The notes under the pieces are model-generated. The model had not been told where the DNA came from and made no database searches. It was given only the letters and a program-made list of their open reading frames with translations. DNA of 64,000 nucleotides, taken from NCBI RefSeq assembly GCF_963921235.1, contig NC_086104.1, forward strand, positions 95,480,001-95,544,000. Direction: 5' to 3'. The position numbers were made by a program, and so were the translations under genes. Below are positions 63,481 to 64,000 of this stretch, one piece after another. The stretch comes from Mobula hypostoma (taxonomy: Eukaryota). Each line of letters begins with the position of its first letter. Within the stretch, counting starts at the first letter, position 1.

Positions 63481-64000
63481 AATTGTCCTGAAAAGCTACA
63501 GCAAGGCTTATGTTTTCCTGGTCAAATATCTGGTGCTCATTGCTTTCAATACAGTTCTGCAGACTTTTCTTATGTGTTCTCTATTCACGATCCTTACCTG
63601 TGCAGCCAACTCAACTGTTGCTGCTTTTTGTTAATTTTTATATCTTGTGACACTGTAACTGCTCTTGGATTTTGGAGGCCCCTCCCCTTATTAAACAATG
63701 AATGATTTTTTTTTTTTGAGGACCATTTATTGGGCAAGTACCAGAGAAAACAGACAATGCATTCTGCATGGCAATAATTTCCTCTCATCAGTCTAGTTTT
63801 TGTTTAATTACTGTACATTAGAACATAGTGTCCCTGACTCAGCTAAGAGATTGAGCTCTGGTTTTAGTGGAGAGCAGTTTTCTGGGCCCTGTGTATCTCA
63901 TGTTTTACTCCTTTATATTCTCTCGGAAGTAATATACATAATCTTTTTCCCTTGCCCTGCCATATTGTGACTGCAGCAGTCCCATCACTCTAGTTTTCCC

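Overview
Vertebrate nuclear DNA, most likely a cartilaginous fish (ray/skate-like; inferred from the repeat content: CR1 LINEs, V-SINEs, Rex/Babar-type LINEs, Penelope-like elements, Tc1 and Buster-type hAT). Four spliced protein-coding genes could be rebuilt by hand with GT-AG introns and consistent phases: the last two exons of MGME1 (+), a complete 4-exon OVOL2 (-, 261 aa), a complete 2-exon PET117 (+, 86 aa) and the first three coding exons of KAT14/CSRP2BP (+). This matches the human MGME1-OVOL2-PET117-KAT14 order. Most other ORFs in the track are transposon debris or spurious. Most notable observations: (1) PET117 and KAT14 appear to share a promoter and an exon (bicistronic layout), with a candidate alternative acceptor that would make an in-frame PET117(TM)-KAT14 fusion; (2) several minimal hammerhead-ribozyme motifs in Penelope-like element termini, one nearly intact; (3) a cluster of GRHL, OVO and ZEB-type sites in the OVOL2 promoter; (4) nested insertions with readable target-site duplications. 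Exon boundaries were counted base by base; repeat boundaries are approximate and family names come from recalled motifs, not database searches.
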